Below, piece after piece: positions 40,652-54,309 of a stretch of DNA of 64,000 nucleotides. The stretch comes from Paraspadella gotoi. Lineage: Eukaryota; Animalia; Chaetognatha. The position numbers were made by a program, and so were the translations under genes. The notes beneath the pieces are model-generated. The model did not search any database and was not told the DNA's origin. It saw only the letters and a list, made by a program, of their open reading frames with translations. Location: positions 2,431,476-2,495,475 of the forward strand of contig JBJCIZ010000239.1 in the NCBI GenBank assembly GCA_051294375.1, in the 5' to 3' direction. How positions within the stretch are numbered: position 1 is the stretch's first letter; the number at the start of each line of letters is the position of its first letter.

Positions 40652-43600
40652 ATGTCCGATGAAAACCGCAGGCGTAAAAAGAATGAACTGCAGTCTGAAG
40701 TCTCCTCTGACGAAAATGAGAAAGTCGACGAGAACCTTGGCCCTTCTTCCAAAAGTGTGGATAGAGCGGCCGTCAAATCTAAAGACAAACGAAGGGCAAA
40801 AACGTCATCGCGTTGCTCTTCGGACGGCGGGCGAAGCTCGACCACAACTTTTCGGTTCTCGGCTAAAAAAGAGAAAAAGCATCGGAGCGACTCGGGCGAA
40901 CCTCATTCTCATCCGATCGTCGTCAAGAAATCATTGGACTTTTCTCTGAGTGACTTGGAGAGCGACGTCGTCGACGACGATGTCGACGAAATCGGCGCGG
41001 AGGCGTTGGAGGATACGATTCAGGAACAAGACGATAACGCCCGGCTCATCGCCGACTCTCGTCTTTCCGATCACCGATTCCTGCCGGAGATCTGCGTCGC
41101 CGTGTCTTCCTCGCCTCCCGTCGGCGCGTCCGTCGAAACATCGTCTTCGCGCGCGTCCATGACGTCGCCCCTCAAGTCACCCGCGACCAGCAGCGTCAAG
41201 AGTTCCACGTTGAGCCACGAATCGCGCGTCACCATCATTCCTGGAAGTCCGAAGATTCCGACGAGCAACATCGACGACCTCATTGGGGCGTTGTCGGACG
41301 AAGACGCCGCCCAAGACGAAGATAATTATTCCGACGACTTTGATTCCGACGATGAAGAATGTTCAAACTTTCCTTCCAAGGCCGAGCAGACGCTCGTCAA
41401 AAGCTTTGAAAGAATAACTTTGGAAAATGATAGGGAGGAAGAGTCGAGGGAAGAGGTGCCGACGCGGTCTAAAAATAGACCGGAAGTAGTGATCTTCAGT
41501 TCCGACGACGAGCGGGATCTCGACGAAACGGGGATCGTTGAAATCGAAATGCCGCAATCTGAATCCGAGTCGAGCAGCAGAGAATCTAACCCAGTTGAGC
41601 CGGATACGATTCCTATTTTACAATTAGAAACGATTGCGGATCAGTCGTTGCCCAAAGAGATGGTTATCTCGGATGAAAGTTCGAGATTGAGTCTCTCTCC
41701 AGCGTCTCGCTCTGTTGCTGAACCGTCGGAAGGAGGTGGACGGGAAAAATCGAATCCCAGTCGCGTTCATAGTTTTAAATCACCCAGCGTTCGAAGTGAT
41801 TCGGAAGCCACTTTGGGGGATGAGGATGAAATAGGAGATTCGGTTGAGCATCCAATTTTCTCGGAACAGGGTGAAGTCGATAAACCCGCTACGGATCAAG
41901 TTGACGCGCGTGGTCGTAACGATCGGGTTTCACTGTGTGAGGTTGAGCCAACGACATTTTTCCCGACTAAGAATTTTGCTCAAGATTTTAGAGAGTTTAA
42001 GGGAATTGATTTCGCCCAAAATTTTAAAAATAGTGACAAGTTAGATAAACATAGTTCCGACCCTTTAGCTTCGATGCCTTTTGACCCGAATGACCAAGAG
42101 AGCTTAAACCAAACAAAACGGCTTAAAGGCAAAGAAAGTGGAACTTTTTGTTCTGTGGAATCTAGTCAGCTACCTTTTAATAAGGCATTCACGCACTTAA
42201 CTCGACCTATACTGTTAAAGGATAAGATTGAAGCTGATGCTGATAATACCGAAACCTTTTCGTTGTCTTCTTCAAAAAATTCCCAGATTCATGAAAAACC
42301 TTGTTTAAAATCAAAATATTTTCAAAACAAAGATAGAACTACTCAGAAAAAATCTCCAAAAAGACCAAATAATTTGCCGCTTAAAGAAATTACCGCGAAA
42401 GATAATTACGATGATGACACGGTCATTTCCGACTTGACTAGTTTTAAATCTGATGTTTCCAAACCGCCTTCAGATCGATTATTTCATGATAGTACATCCA
42501 AAAATAAAAGTTTGTGGGGAAGCACAGGAAATGACAATCGAGTTGAAAACGTGGTTGTTTCAAAAGATGATTATTTGAAACCGATTGAAACCTTTGAGAC
42601 CAAATCTCATGAAACACAGGAATTTAAATTTGGTGCTCCTCGAAATGATGTAAGAAATGATCTCCACCAAGGGACATTATATCGATACAGTAGCATAGGC
42701 AATCTTAAGTCCCCAAAAGAAACAGAAGATTTTGTAGAAACTCTTCAAGCGGAATATTCGGCACTTCTAATGGAGCACGCGAGAATTAGAAACGTCATCG
42801 ATAAATTAAAAATTGACTCCAAACTAAATTTCATAAACACGATTTCACCTTCGCGTGAAACAGAGACTAGATCTGAAAGTAAACGAGATTGTCTTTCTTC
42901 AACTATTTTAGAATCTTTCCCCCTCAATTCTAGACATCAAGAACAAAATGGAAATTACATTCCGTCGCCGACAACCCCAAGCTCTGAATTTTCAAAAGCC
43001 GACCGACGAAATGATCAAACAGATGGGGCCGTTTTAGATTACTCTTTTGATAATTCAAAAGTTGCTGCTGTATCTGATTGGGTGAAAAACATTCCAGCTT
43101 CTTTACCCGATCCTAACGTCGACACAAGCGCTGCCCCTTCCCTAAAATATTTTGAAGACAATGCCCCAGCCTTGCCTCCGAAATCTAATTCTATCTGTTA
43201 TTCGGATGGATTTGAAAATTTAATAACGAGCGCTAATTTTCAAGAACCTCGGCTCCCTGAACTTCCACCAAAACGATTTCGAAAAAAGTCTCTTTATTTG
43301 TGCCAGTTTATTAAACATTTTAAACAAAACATGTTTAATAAAACAAATTTTTTGGATGAAAAAATCGAATTGTTTTTAAAACGACAAGAAAATAAAAGTT
43401 TTGTTGAGCAGATGAAAATTTATAAATCTATGCAACAAGACTATGATGATTTATTCGAGGAATTCAAAAATAAGAAATTGGAATACAGTAAAGAGCTTAG
43501 AAAGTGTCGAACGAATGGCCTTGATTTAAGTCAGTTTGATGCTGAGCTGGACAAAGACAAAGCGTTTGAGGGCCTCTTTTATAAACTAGGAAAAAAACTC

Positions 43601-46505
43601 GATTTATTTCATGAAAATTTAGATCGTGCGAAATCACGTTCAGTTTGTAAAATTTCAAACAATAATAATCTTACATCCTTGTTAGATGATCATGACCTGG
43701 CAGTTATATCGTCAGATGACGAAGATATTGTGGATATCATTATGGATGGAGAATCCAAATTGACACATTCTATCTCAACGCCCTTATTAGAAACAAGTTT
43801 CGAACACCGCGTTAAAGGTAGTAAAGTGGATAAAGTTGTTAAATCAAGGCTATCCAAAAGATATTCACATTCGTCACCAAAAATATCTCCTAGAAGTAAG
43901 CTTTGGTATGATTCGGGTAAGGAAGATACGCATGTTGCCGAATCAAACAAATCACAAATAGAAGCGGCGATCAAAATGGCATTATCACCAATGACATTAT
44001 CCCCAGCGGGTGATTGTGACCGTCGAGTCTTGTCAGATTTACGAGAATCTTGGACGGAAAAATCCCTTCCTTCAAAAACAGAGAGCAATTCATCTTCGGA
44101 AACTCGGTCTTCTGTTGAATCAACAGTTTCTCAAACCAAGCCTTGTGAAGATGCATATATTGATCCGACATATTTAACTGAGCCATTTACTAAGAATTCC
44201 TCAAGTGGTAATTCTAAAAGTTATATGGAGGGCAATCAAGCGCATGATAAACGAATTACCTCTCAATCTCAATTTCCTTTTCATGAAAAATTAGACAGTT
44301 TTGTCGGTTATTCTCGGCAAAATCAAGATATCGACCGAGATTCTGGCTTCATAGGGAGCGAAGGTTCTCGACCATCTTTACAACATTTCGGTGCAAGCAA
44401 GCAAGGTTTAGTTTTTCAGAGGCTTCCTGAAGGTCATGTTTCGGAATGTCATGTGAAAAATAGAAATATTTCAGCTTCACCCACACTGTTTACCAATGAC
44501 ATTCGGCCCATTCCAAAAAAAATTTCGCCAACGATCGATCAAAGAGAAGAAAACCGTTGCGATAGCAGTTGTATCTCCAAAGGCGATTGTAGTAATAACG
44601 CCGAATTATTAAGATCTTTGCAGGAAGAAGTAAGACAATTAAAAGTAGCTGTCGAGCAACAGAGAGATATGATGTCTCAATCGAATATTGAGTTTGAGTC
44701 TAGGGAACGATCTCGAAGCATTAATGACTTTAGGTACGGCAGCCCTTTTCGCCGACGTTCCAGATCGCAAAATTCCAGAAAATCTATTGAGACTCAAGCT
44801 TCAACCGGGGCTCGACCGAGGTTTTTAACTCCTAGTGGGACATCACACGTTCGTTCAAAAGTGGGCTCAGGTTACTGCGAGAAAAGCAAAAAATCCAAAA
44901 AGAAAGAATTTTCGGTAAAAAGTAAGCTCAACATTAATAACATCTACACAAATAACCATCAAGAACCGAATTACCCGCAACAAATATATCCAAAGAAAAA
45001 CTATCGAGACTATTACTCACCGAGTGATACGCGTCTCAGTCAAATGTATCAACCTCTCAATACTTATTGTGGTAACGTTGCTAATGTTTCATCTCAGGAA
45101 GATTTTCGCTTCAATACTATTCCCAAATCCTTTGGTAGTTCTTTTCTTTCTCCAACGCCTTATATCTGCTCGTCTTGTTGTGCTCTGAGACGGGGTCATG
45201 ATGAATTCTTCACTGCGCCCTATGCTGCTTCGCACACAAATTCGGAACCGGGGTATCAGCATCCGCCGTCCCCCTTTATCCAAAATCCATCTACAAGCTA
45301 CGATGTTGCGAGCTATAGCCCCAGAAATTATAAAGACTTTCCTCAACCTCGGGGGGATATTGGTGTCAGAAAAAGCGCTGGTCTCCGAGTAGAAAGTCCT
45401 CAGGGTTCCCTTGCTGCTGCCCATTACCTTCACAAGCCGCCGGCCCAAACCAGCACTCCAATTTCCAGGTATATTAGAATCTATATTAAATCCTGCAAGT
45501 CGCTTTTTATTTACTAAATACTCAGATAAATAAAAAAGTTAAGAGAAATAAATTAAGGAGAATGAGAGTAAAACAAAACAACATGCAAGCAAAGGAAAAC
45601 AATGGTAACATAAAATAAGAATGTTTAAGTTTAAAAATAGTTTTTTTGTAATGGAGGTACATCAGCGATTTGTAAACTATACAAATTATTTTGATTTGGG
45701 TAAAAAATTTTTTTCCAGCCATCAGTTGTCTTCTGTAGAAGTAGAATCGGCTTATTTTTGAGGTTTGAAAAGTCGTATTGAGGTGTCTTGAAGTGATTTT
45801 ATTTCTGGAATGATATTGTGTTTTTTGCCACATTGCATGGGTGGCCAAAATATATGTTACTTTGACCGATGAGCTTATGAAAGAATTTAAATTTTTTTTT
45901 ATCATTATTTATTCATTTTTACTTCCGTTGTCGAATCGCACTCGTCCCGACTTTTTTTACTTTTTAAACGTAACTACTAACTAGTTATACAAACATTTTG
46001 AAATGATTCACGAGCAATAAGTATTATCTCAAGCAAATAAATTAAAATACCTGTCTTTTGTGCCCAGGAATTCTCGTCGACAACCTCGGCGATACCTTTC
46101 GTCCGTCGCAGATTCTACTCGACTTTCAATCGCTCCTTCCGATTCAAGTTCTTCGTCCACCGATGGACGTAAAAGTAAAACCTTTAAAAACAGCAACAAC
46201 AACAGCCGCTTAAGCAAAAACGGTTTGTTTCATCGAAAATTAAAATTAAAAATAGTGTAGTTTTCCTAATCAATTTTTTCTTTCTCATTAAAGCCCGACC
46301 CCTTGCCAAGGAAATTTCGTTCTCCTCCGACGGCGATGATGACAAGGATAACGAAGCCATTGGGACTCATTCCTTCATGTTGCAAAACGCCAGGGTCGAA
46401 CACGCCATCAATGCCGCAACTGATCTCCAGCAATCATCCAGTAGACTTCTTTGCGAGATGCAACGAAATTTAAGCCGTTCTCTGGTGCAACTCGATTTCG
46501 GTTAA
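40652..46505 (+). CDS. AKNA: AKNA-like centrosomal/microtubule-organising protein, 3 exons
   Basis: Large low-complexity protein with coiled coils, a DRDSGFIGSEGSR motif, LRSLQEEVRQLK, and a C-terminal helix (VEHAINAATDLQQSSSRLLCEMQRNL) resembling AKNA. Exons 40652-45467, 46068-46222 and 46294-46505. Confidence 0.65.
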
Positions 46506-47221
46506 AAAAAAAAACTCTTTTTATTTTCTATGATTTTTACTCAAGTTTTAGTTTTGCTTATTTTAGTATACGTAATACGTAATACGTACTACTAATGATT
46601 GATATCTTCTTTTTCTCAAAAGACGAGAACTGTTCTTTTTTTTTTTATTAATCGACAAAAATATTCCTTTGATTGGATTTAGTTATTTGTTTGTATGTGA
46701 ATATTTTTAATTTTTTATGCTTTTTTATTCAATTACTGTGAATAATTTGATTTATTTTTTTTTTAATTTTCTTTTTTAATCTCTATTGAATGATCAGACG
46801 CTGATTAGTATTTTTTTTTGTCAATCCGCTTCTGGAAAAACTTAAATCCATGTTAGTTGACATTCCGAAAAAATAAATATAGAAGCCATTTTTAAAATTT
46901 TTGTGATATAATTATTCCTATGGGTGTATTGAAGAAATGTATAGAAACTAAACTAATTACTGTACTAATGTATCGATAAATTAACATGGGAGTAAGTAAG
47001 TAAGGCTAGAATAGGTTATTTTTCTTATTTTATCCAAACCCCGAAGAAAAAAAAGAAAATTTGTGATTTTTTAAAAAAATCGTTCATGGATTCTCCAATA
47101 TCCTAGCTTCTTTTGGTTGAAATTGATTTATTGACCGTCACAAATGCCTTCTTATTGCCAAAAAAAAAAAATAAGGTAACCTCATAATGAATGGCAAACT
47201 ATTTACTTTTCCTCGACGATA

Positions 47222-50200
47222 ATGGAGAAAAAGATCGCTAAGGATTTCCAGTCGGCCGTCAATTCCATCGTTGAAGAAGATGAACGCGAATCTCTGTATT
47301 CTACGCTGCGCGCATATCATCAGGTTTGTGTGCCGCCTCATGATCGGAACGGTTCTCCCCCAACACCCCCCCCCAATTTCTCATTTCCCGATCTTTATTT
47401 TTTTTCGCACATGCAGTCTATGGACGTGGCTTGGCTGGTGGACCGGCTCATCTCTCTGGTGGATCGACCGAGTCGACGTCCGCTCTTCGATCACGTTCGT
47501 AAGCTGATTCCTCCCAAGCAGCAGATGCTGTACGACGGGCTGCTGCCCTGCGCTGCCGCCGAGATCGAGGCCCGATTGAGGGTAGTCCGACTGGCGACGG
47601 AGCCGGAGCGACCCGTGGGATTCGCCATTCGTGGAGGTTTCGAGCACGGTGTCGGCTTTTTCGTTTCTCAAGTCGAGAAGGATTCGATGGTGAGTCCTTT
47701 TTTTTTGGTTCTTAGCGATTTTTTATGAGAGAATCTGCGCGTGTTATTTGGAGTCATTTTGGGGTTAATAAATTAGATTGTGAGTCCTGTTTACATGCTT
47801 GTATGGTGTTGCTTCGTTATGGAGGCCTTCACTTTACCCTGTGCAAAGTCTTGAAGCAATCTTGTTTATTAAATAAATAGATTATTCATACATTTGTCTT
47901 ACCCATTCGATCCTCTAAATGTTCACTTTTGAATTACAATTCGGTTCTTCCGTAGGCCCACCATCGGGGACTCCGCCCTGGCGACCAAGTCGTTCGCATA
48001 AACGGGTTTTGCGTGGACGAGTCTGTTCTCTCCGAGGTCGTTCAACTGGTGAGGCTCGAGCCTCGATTGACTCTCAAGGTACGGACGGTCGGCATGGTGC
48101 CCGTCAAGGACTCTGTCGACGCCGACATCACCTGGAGTTACTCGGAACAGTCTCGAAACAGGGATGTTTACCGACGCGGTCGCGCAGGAATCCGCTTCAG
48201 GGACATCAGAATTTTCTTTCACAAACCCGAGAACGTGACGTTGGGTTGCAACATTTACTGCGGATCGGAAAACGAGTGAGTCGGGGATTTTTGGAGTGGG
48301 GGAAAGTGTCGATGAGGACACAAATTTAGAAAAAAATCCTAATTCGCTCGGTTGACTAATTTTTAAAATGTGTATTTTACTTTAGAGCATTCTCTGTCAA
48401 CTTGCTCAGCTCATTTTACTCTTATCCATGATGCTAAGCTTTTCTAATATTTTAAAATTCTAGATGTACTATCTAGGAAAAAAGTTAGAAACATTTTTAA
48501 TTGAGGGTATCTACTCGAAAACTTGCTCGATTTTTAAAAAATCAGGATGTTTCAAATTCTACACTAAATTTTCTTTCAGTTGCTTCCTTCCATTTTTTCG
48601 TAGATCCAACCGTATAGAAGTTACAGGCAAAATAAGATTGCTACCTCAAGTGAAAAATGGCGGAAAAAATCGCCTTTAGTTTTCCACAATTCTTGGTATT
48701 GAGTTATTTGTTTCTATTTCAAATTGAGTTAGTTATTTTTTTCATTTTTTTAAATTTGGTTATGCCGAATAGACAGCCCCTCTCTTTGGTTCATAAAGGT
48801 GTAATTGTAGCTCTGAGAAAAGAGGGAAAGACGCAACAATTCATCAGCAATAGATTTGGAATCCCTCGTTCCACCATTGCAATTTTTTTACGGCGATACA
48901 ACAAATCAAAAACATTTGGTGTGTCAGCTTTACGAGAGCATGCCCAGACGAATGCAGGCAGTGGTCGATGCCGAGGGAGGGCATACCAAATATTGAGAAT
49001 GTTTTACCCATGTTTTGTATATTTTTTATTGAATAAATGAACTTTTAAAAAAAAATGTTTCTAACTTTTTTCCTAGATAGTATATTATTATGATTTGAAT
49101 AAAATATAAATCTAATATTGTAACAGTAAATGTATAATTTTGTCGTTATTCAATCAGGCCGGGCATTTTCGTCCAGTCGATCCGCGTTGGCAGCATCGCT
49201 GAGGACATCGGCCTCGACGTCGACGACGAGATCCTCTCCGTCAATGGCGCCGACTTTCGTCAACTGCGTTACAGCGAAGCCGTCGTTAATCTCAAGGCGC
49301 CTTTGCAGCTCAACATGGTCGTCCGGAGGAAGCTCAAAGGTTGGGTATTTTGTTTGTTTAATGTCAGCAAGAATTTAGCAATTTTTTAAATCGAGGTTCT
49401 AAATAGTTTTGAAAGCACCGGTCAATGGTCATTGATCATTCCGTTACTTCTAAAATCTCTTTTTAGTAGACCCTATTACTATTTTAGTAGGACATAAGTG
49501 AGTGGTTCATGACTTATTATATCGCTTCGTTTTTTTAGATTCCTCCAAGACGAGCGAAGACGATTCCCTGATGGCCAACATTCGCCGACTGGAATTGGAA
49601 CGCGTGGCCCAATTAAGAACTCTGGCCGCGGATTTGGGACTGGAGAAGTCGGGCCGTTCGATTCCTCTCACCAATTTCGCCGAGGAAGATCGACTGAGGA
49701 AGCAGTTCGAAGAGCAGAGATGGTTGGAGGAAGAGGAGCAGAGGATGACGATGATGGACGCGGAGAGAGAAGCCGACGACAAACGTCTTCGACGACGAGA
49801 GGCCGAAGAGAAAAACATCCTGGACAGAATGGAGGCTTTGCTGGACGGAGCGATCGTCAAGCGGGTCGAGACCAACTCGGAGAGCGACGTCGAAGCTTTG
49901 GAGGCGGTCATGACTTTCGGCACGGAAAAGGACGAAACGGATTCGGAAACTATTGCCGTAGTGCCGGATTCTATGGCTCCTGCGGCGCCACCTGGAGTCC
50001 CACCCGTATTGCAGACTTTAGGGTCGATCCCGTTAGAAACGTCGTCTTCATCTCCGATTTCGCCGCCGTCTTCCGGGGAGGATTTCGATCGGGACTCACA
50101 AAGAGAAATTCTCTCCGACTCCACAACTTTACCCGAAACTCCCGTTGAGCCTCATTCCCAACTCCATCGCTTTTTAACGGATGTGGCGGAGAGAGCTTCC

Positions 50201-51331
50201 TCGGACAAGGATGCGGATTGGCTTTACAGCGAGAAGACATTCATTGATAAACGGACGGAAAATGACGATAAAAACAAAAAGCCAAAGGAGATGAGGGAAA
50301 AAATTGAAAGGAGCGCACTCGAGGATCGATCGATTAAGGATCCATTGTCTTCCAACGATAAGACTCTCAAGGCGCCACCGAGATTAAAAGCGGCGAAAAA
50401 ATTGCGCGGCTCACTCGAGTCGACGAACAGCGCCGACTCGACCACGATACCAAAGCTGTTAAATATGACGTCGTCGTCGGAAACGACGCCGATGACGCGC
50501 GGAACGCCCTCCATCGATTCGTTGACACCGACGCCGGGGACGCCCGAATCCAGTTTAATTCCACAAAATGAACAAAAACCTCTTCTCAGAGGAGACAATC
50601 TCAAGAGCCCGCCCGAGCCGTCGCCGAATATCGCTCCCTCTTTATCGCCTCAAATCAGAGCCTCGGCCACGCCCACCGTCGCTTCGTCGGCGAACGTGAA
50701 GCGTCAGCCGTCGATACCCGTCGCTCAGGGACCTTTGTTTTCGTCCACGCAACGACCGATTCTCGTCAAGCCTTCGACAGAGGCTCAGGCGCGCGGGACG
50801 GAGGCCGAGAGCGGACAGAAGTCGGAAACTACAACTCCTTTCTCGATAAAACGTCCGGCGCCGAATCCGCCCAACGCGAAGGGCGGAAACTCGACCTCCG
50901 TGCCGAAAACTGCGGAAACGAGTCGCCCGAATTGGGACGTGAAAAAATCAAGAGGAAACGTCGTCAAAAATGCGACGAAGCGTGACTCGGACGAGACGAC
51001 GCCGCCACAAACCAACGTTGACGGCCGCGTCATAAAAGTGGTCAACATCGTCAAGAACGATGACCCATTGGATATCACCATAGAGGGCGGCTCGGGTTCC
51101 GCCTGGGACGGCAAGGTCGTCGTCTCACACGTTTGGGAAGGAGGCGCCATTCACAAAAACGGAGGAATGAAGACCGGCGATCAACTCTTGATGGTTGAGG
51201 GAGTGAGTTTAAACGGCGTCTCGCTCTCGCAGGCGCAAACGGCCATCAAGAGGGCGATGCGATCTCCCAAGGAGATCATTTCTTTCGTCATCGCCGTCGC
51301 CGAGGAAAATCGCAGCGAAATTAAACTGTGA
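47222..51331 (+). CDS. USH1C: Harmonin (N-domain, PDZ1, PDZ2, coiled coil, PST region, PDZ3), 5 exons
   Basis: MEKKIAKDFQSAV..LRAYHQ|SMDVAWLV..PSRRPLFDHVRKLIPPKQQ (harmonin N-domain), PDZ1 GFAIRGGFEHGVGFFVS, PDZ3 LDITIEGG..DGKVVVSHVWEGGA. Confidence 0.9.
48762..48920 (+). mobile_element. Tc1/mariner transposase N-terminal HTH remnant in a harmonin intron
   Basis: MPNRQPLSLVHKGVIVALRKEGKTQQFISNRFGIPRSTIAIFLRRY has the pattern of the Tc1 paired-like HTH. No DDE domain follows. Lies within intron 48276-49157. Confidence 0.7.
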
Positions 51332-51692
51332 CATTTTTTCTTCACATTCACGATCTCTCCAACTCTTTTTTAGCTAAAGTGCACTTAGTTTTACACAATT
51401 TATTGTTTTATACGACTCTATTTGTCTGTGCCTTAATTTTTCTTACTCATTTTGAAATATTTATATTTACGCTTTCTTAATTTAACCAAAACAATTTTTT
51501 TTAGCTTTTTACTCTTCGCGTTGATTTCTGAAAACCCCCGAACTTCAACTAAGGTCATGGGTGCAAGGATCTCTTGTAGTAAAATTAAAAAGCCTGAAGA
51601 AAAGACCGGGCAGAATTGGAATCACTTTTACGATCGAAGTTTGAAACCAAATGATTGTTGATAAAATCCTCAAAGAGCATTTTAATTCAATC

Positions 51693-54309
51693 ATGGCGCG
51701 AAACTTGTATCCCGTGAAATCTCCGAGAGTGGCGATTAAAGCTCCAGACTCGCCTCGAATGAAAGCATTAAACGGTGGAGGCGCCGCCTCGGGCACGCTT
51801 TACACCTATCCGGATAACTTTCGGTGGGTTTTTTTTGGGGAGTCCTTTTCGTTTTTCCCACTTTTTTTTTACCCAATTGTCTCCATCGCCCACTTTTATT
51901 TTCCCCGTAGCGCCTACAAGGGCCTCATCGCCGCAGAATACAGCGGCGCCAAAGTCCGGGTGGTTTCCGACGCGCCGGACTTCGTTCTCGGAGAGACGAA
52001 CAAGACGGTCGCGTTCCTGGCCAAGTTCCCCATGGGCAAAGTCCCCGCTTTCGAGTCGGCCGACGGAAAAAATCTCTTCGAGAGCAACGCAATCGCCTTT
52101 TATTTGGCCGACGAGCAGCTCAGAGGAAAATCCATCGAGGATCAGGTTCTTTTTTTTTTTTTTTTTAATTTGGATCTCGTTTTTTTATTGCGTCACGACG
52201 ACAGACTAAGCAACTATATTAGTCACTGTCTGGTCGGTTGGTCAGTCTTTTGTTAAAATACATATAATTTATTTGATATAATATTACGTTACCAGTTAAA
52301 AGACATAGAGATGTTTTATGGTCTATTCGTTTCATAGTATGCGTTGTTAGCTTTTAAGAATTTGTTAATACGTCGTTTGTTTTTCTCTTTGGGTTTTCAG
52401 GCTTTTGTTCTTCAGTGGATCTCGTTCGCGGATCACGAGTTGTTGCCGCCCGCCTGCGCCTGGGTTTTTCCCTACATGGGCATCATGGACTTCAACCGAA
52501 GCGCGGTCTCCAGGGCGAAGAGCGAAGTCGGCAGGGTCTTGAACGTCATGAACGAGTATCTCAAGGTAATATTTAATAAATATAAAATAGTATTAATAAT
52601 AATGTAGCAGATTGATTTGTAAATTGTCTGAAATGAGATTGAGTTTCTCAATTTCATTTGCATATTGCCGTATTCTGATTAAGCTTGTTCTATTGCCTTA
52701 AAGGTTTAATATTAATATTTTACATTAGTAAATGATCATGTTTGTTTGTGGTTCAATTAATAGCTAAATAATTAATGATTTAATTATCATAATTGCTAGT
52801 TTACAACTTTAATTATTCTTGTGATTCCAGCTGACTTTTCTATGTTTAGTAAGAAAAATATATTCTCAGAGAATTATCCCTTAGTCAGCTAGGATTACAA
52901 GGGTCGGTTTGAACCACTATGCCCTTGCTAGCTTAACACTTAGGTTTAGCATTCATTAAGATAATACTTGAATAATAATAATTTCCAGAATTGTTTTTCC
53001 TCCAGCTCCGAACGTTTCTCGTCGGGGAGCGGATAACTCTGGGCGATATTTGCTGCATGTGTAATCTCCTGCATCCCTTCAGATGGGTCTTCGACCCCAA
53101 ATTTCGGGCGCAGTTCATTCACGTCAATCGATGGTTCATGACGATGGTTAGTAGTTTTGTATTGACATTAAAATGATAATGATATTGTACAAATCTTTAA
53201 GAACCTTTTCAAAATAAAAAAAAATTAAATCGGGTAAAAATGCACAACTTTTCGCGCCATTGGGAATATTTCCTATTTCATTTTGTCTCAGATTAACCAA
53301 CCGCAAGTGATAAAGGTGATCGGCGAAGTCTCCTTGTGTCCATCCGAGCCACGATACGACGACAAGAAACTGGCCCAGGTCGCCCTCTCCGTCGGTCTTT
53401 CTCCCAAGAAACGAAAACCCAAATTCCGAAGTCAAAAGTCCGTTGACGATCCAACCTTGGCCAGGTTTAGCGGATCTCCGAAAAAACGGGTAAATTTAAA
53501 GTTTATCGCAACCGCAACCTCGATAAATGCGGGTCTCGTCGGAGGCTCAATGTCCTTTATCCGTATTAACATTTCACACTCGGTCCTTTTAAAAGGTTCA
53601 GCGCGCCATGACGATCCCGGACGATAGCGACGACGACGTGGATGCGCCTCTCAACGATTCTTTCATTTCGCAACGGTCAGTGGCCTTTGCCGCCGCGCGC
53701 GTCGCCGCTCATCGCTCCCCCAAATTTCCCGCTCGATCCTCGCGTTATTCGGCGGTGGCGGCTTCCGCTACGCCACCCAGCGCTCGGCGCCGCCCTCCGC
53801 CGCCTCCGCCGCCGAAAAAGCCCAAGTTTTCCCTGGACCTCCTCAAGTCGGCCTACTCATCGCCGAGCGCCTCTTCAGCCCTCATTCCTTTCTTCCTCGA
53901 AAACTTTGATTCGACGAATTTCTCCATCTGGCTCTCCGAATACAGATACCCCAAGGAATTGGGCGCCATGTTTCAGTCCGAAGGTTTGATCGCCGGCATG
54001 TTCCAGCGATTGGAGACGATGAAGCGGCACGCCTTCGCCGTCGTCGGCCTCTTCGGTCGCGCTCGCGGCGCACAGATTCAAGGCCTTTGGATTTGGAAAG
54101 GCAAGACGCTCATTTTCGAAAATTCGGAAAACTGGAGGGCGGACTGCGAAAATTACGAGTGGTTTCCGCTTGATCTCGACGAGGATCGAACTAAAGAATA
54201 CGTCAAAGAATTCTTCACTCACAAACAGGACGTGATGAGGTACAAGCCTTTTCGAGCCGGCGCGCCCATGGCCGCTATGACCTTGTATTCTGTTGCTGTG
54301 CTTATGTGA
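51693..54309 (+). CDS. EEF1G: Elongation factor 1B-gamma family protein (divergent), 6 exons
   Basis: [58 protein letters not shown], and EF1G C-domain [24 protein letters not shown]. An in-frame upstream ATG at 51651 is an alternative start. Confidence 0.9.
52881..52926 (-). repeat. Dispersed repeat family B, copy 2 (in an EEF1G intron)
   Basis: Reverse complement matches 20442-20486 with about 3 differences. Confidence 0.8.

Noticed and set aside
35465-51910. Stop-free 3n introns (35465-35530, 37892-38020, 47324-47416, 51824-51910) read through in the ORF track
   Set aside because: They interrupt conserved domains and have GT-AG ends. A few such cases among about 60 short introns is unremarkable.
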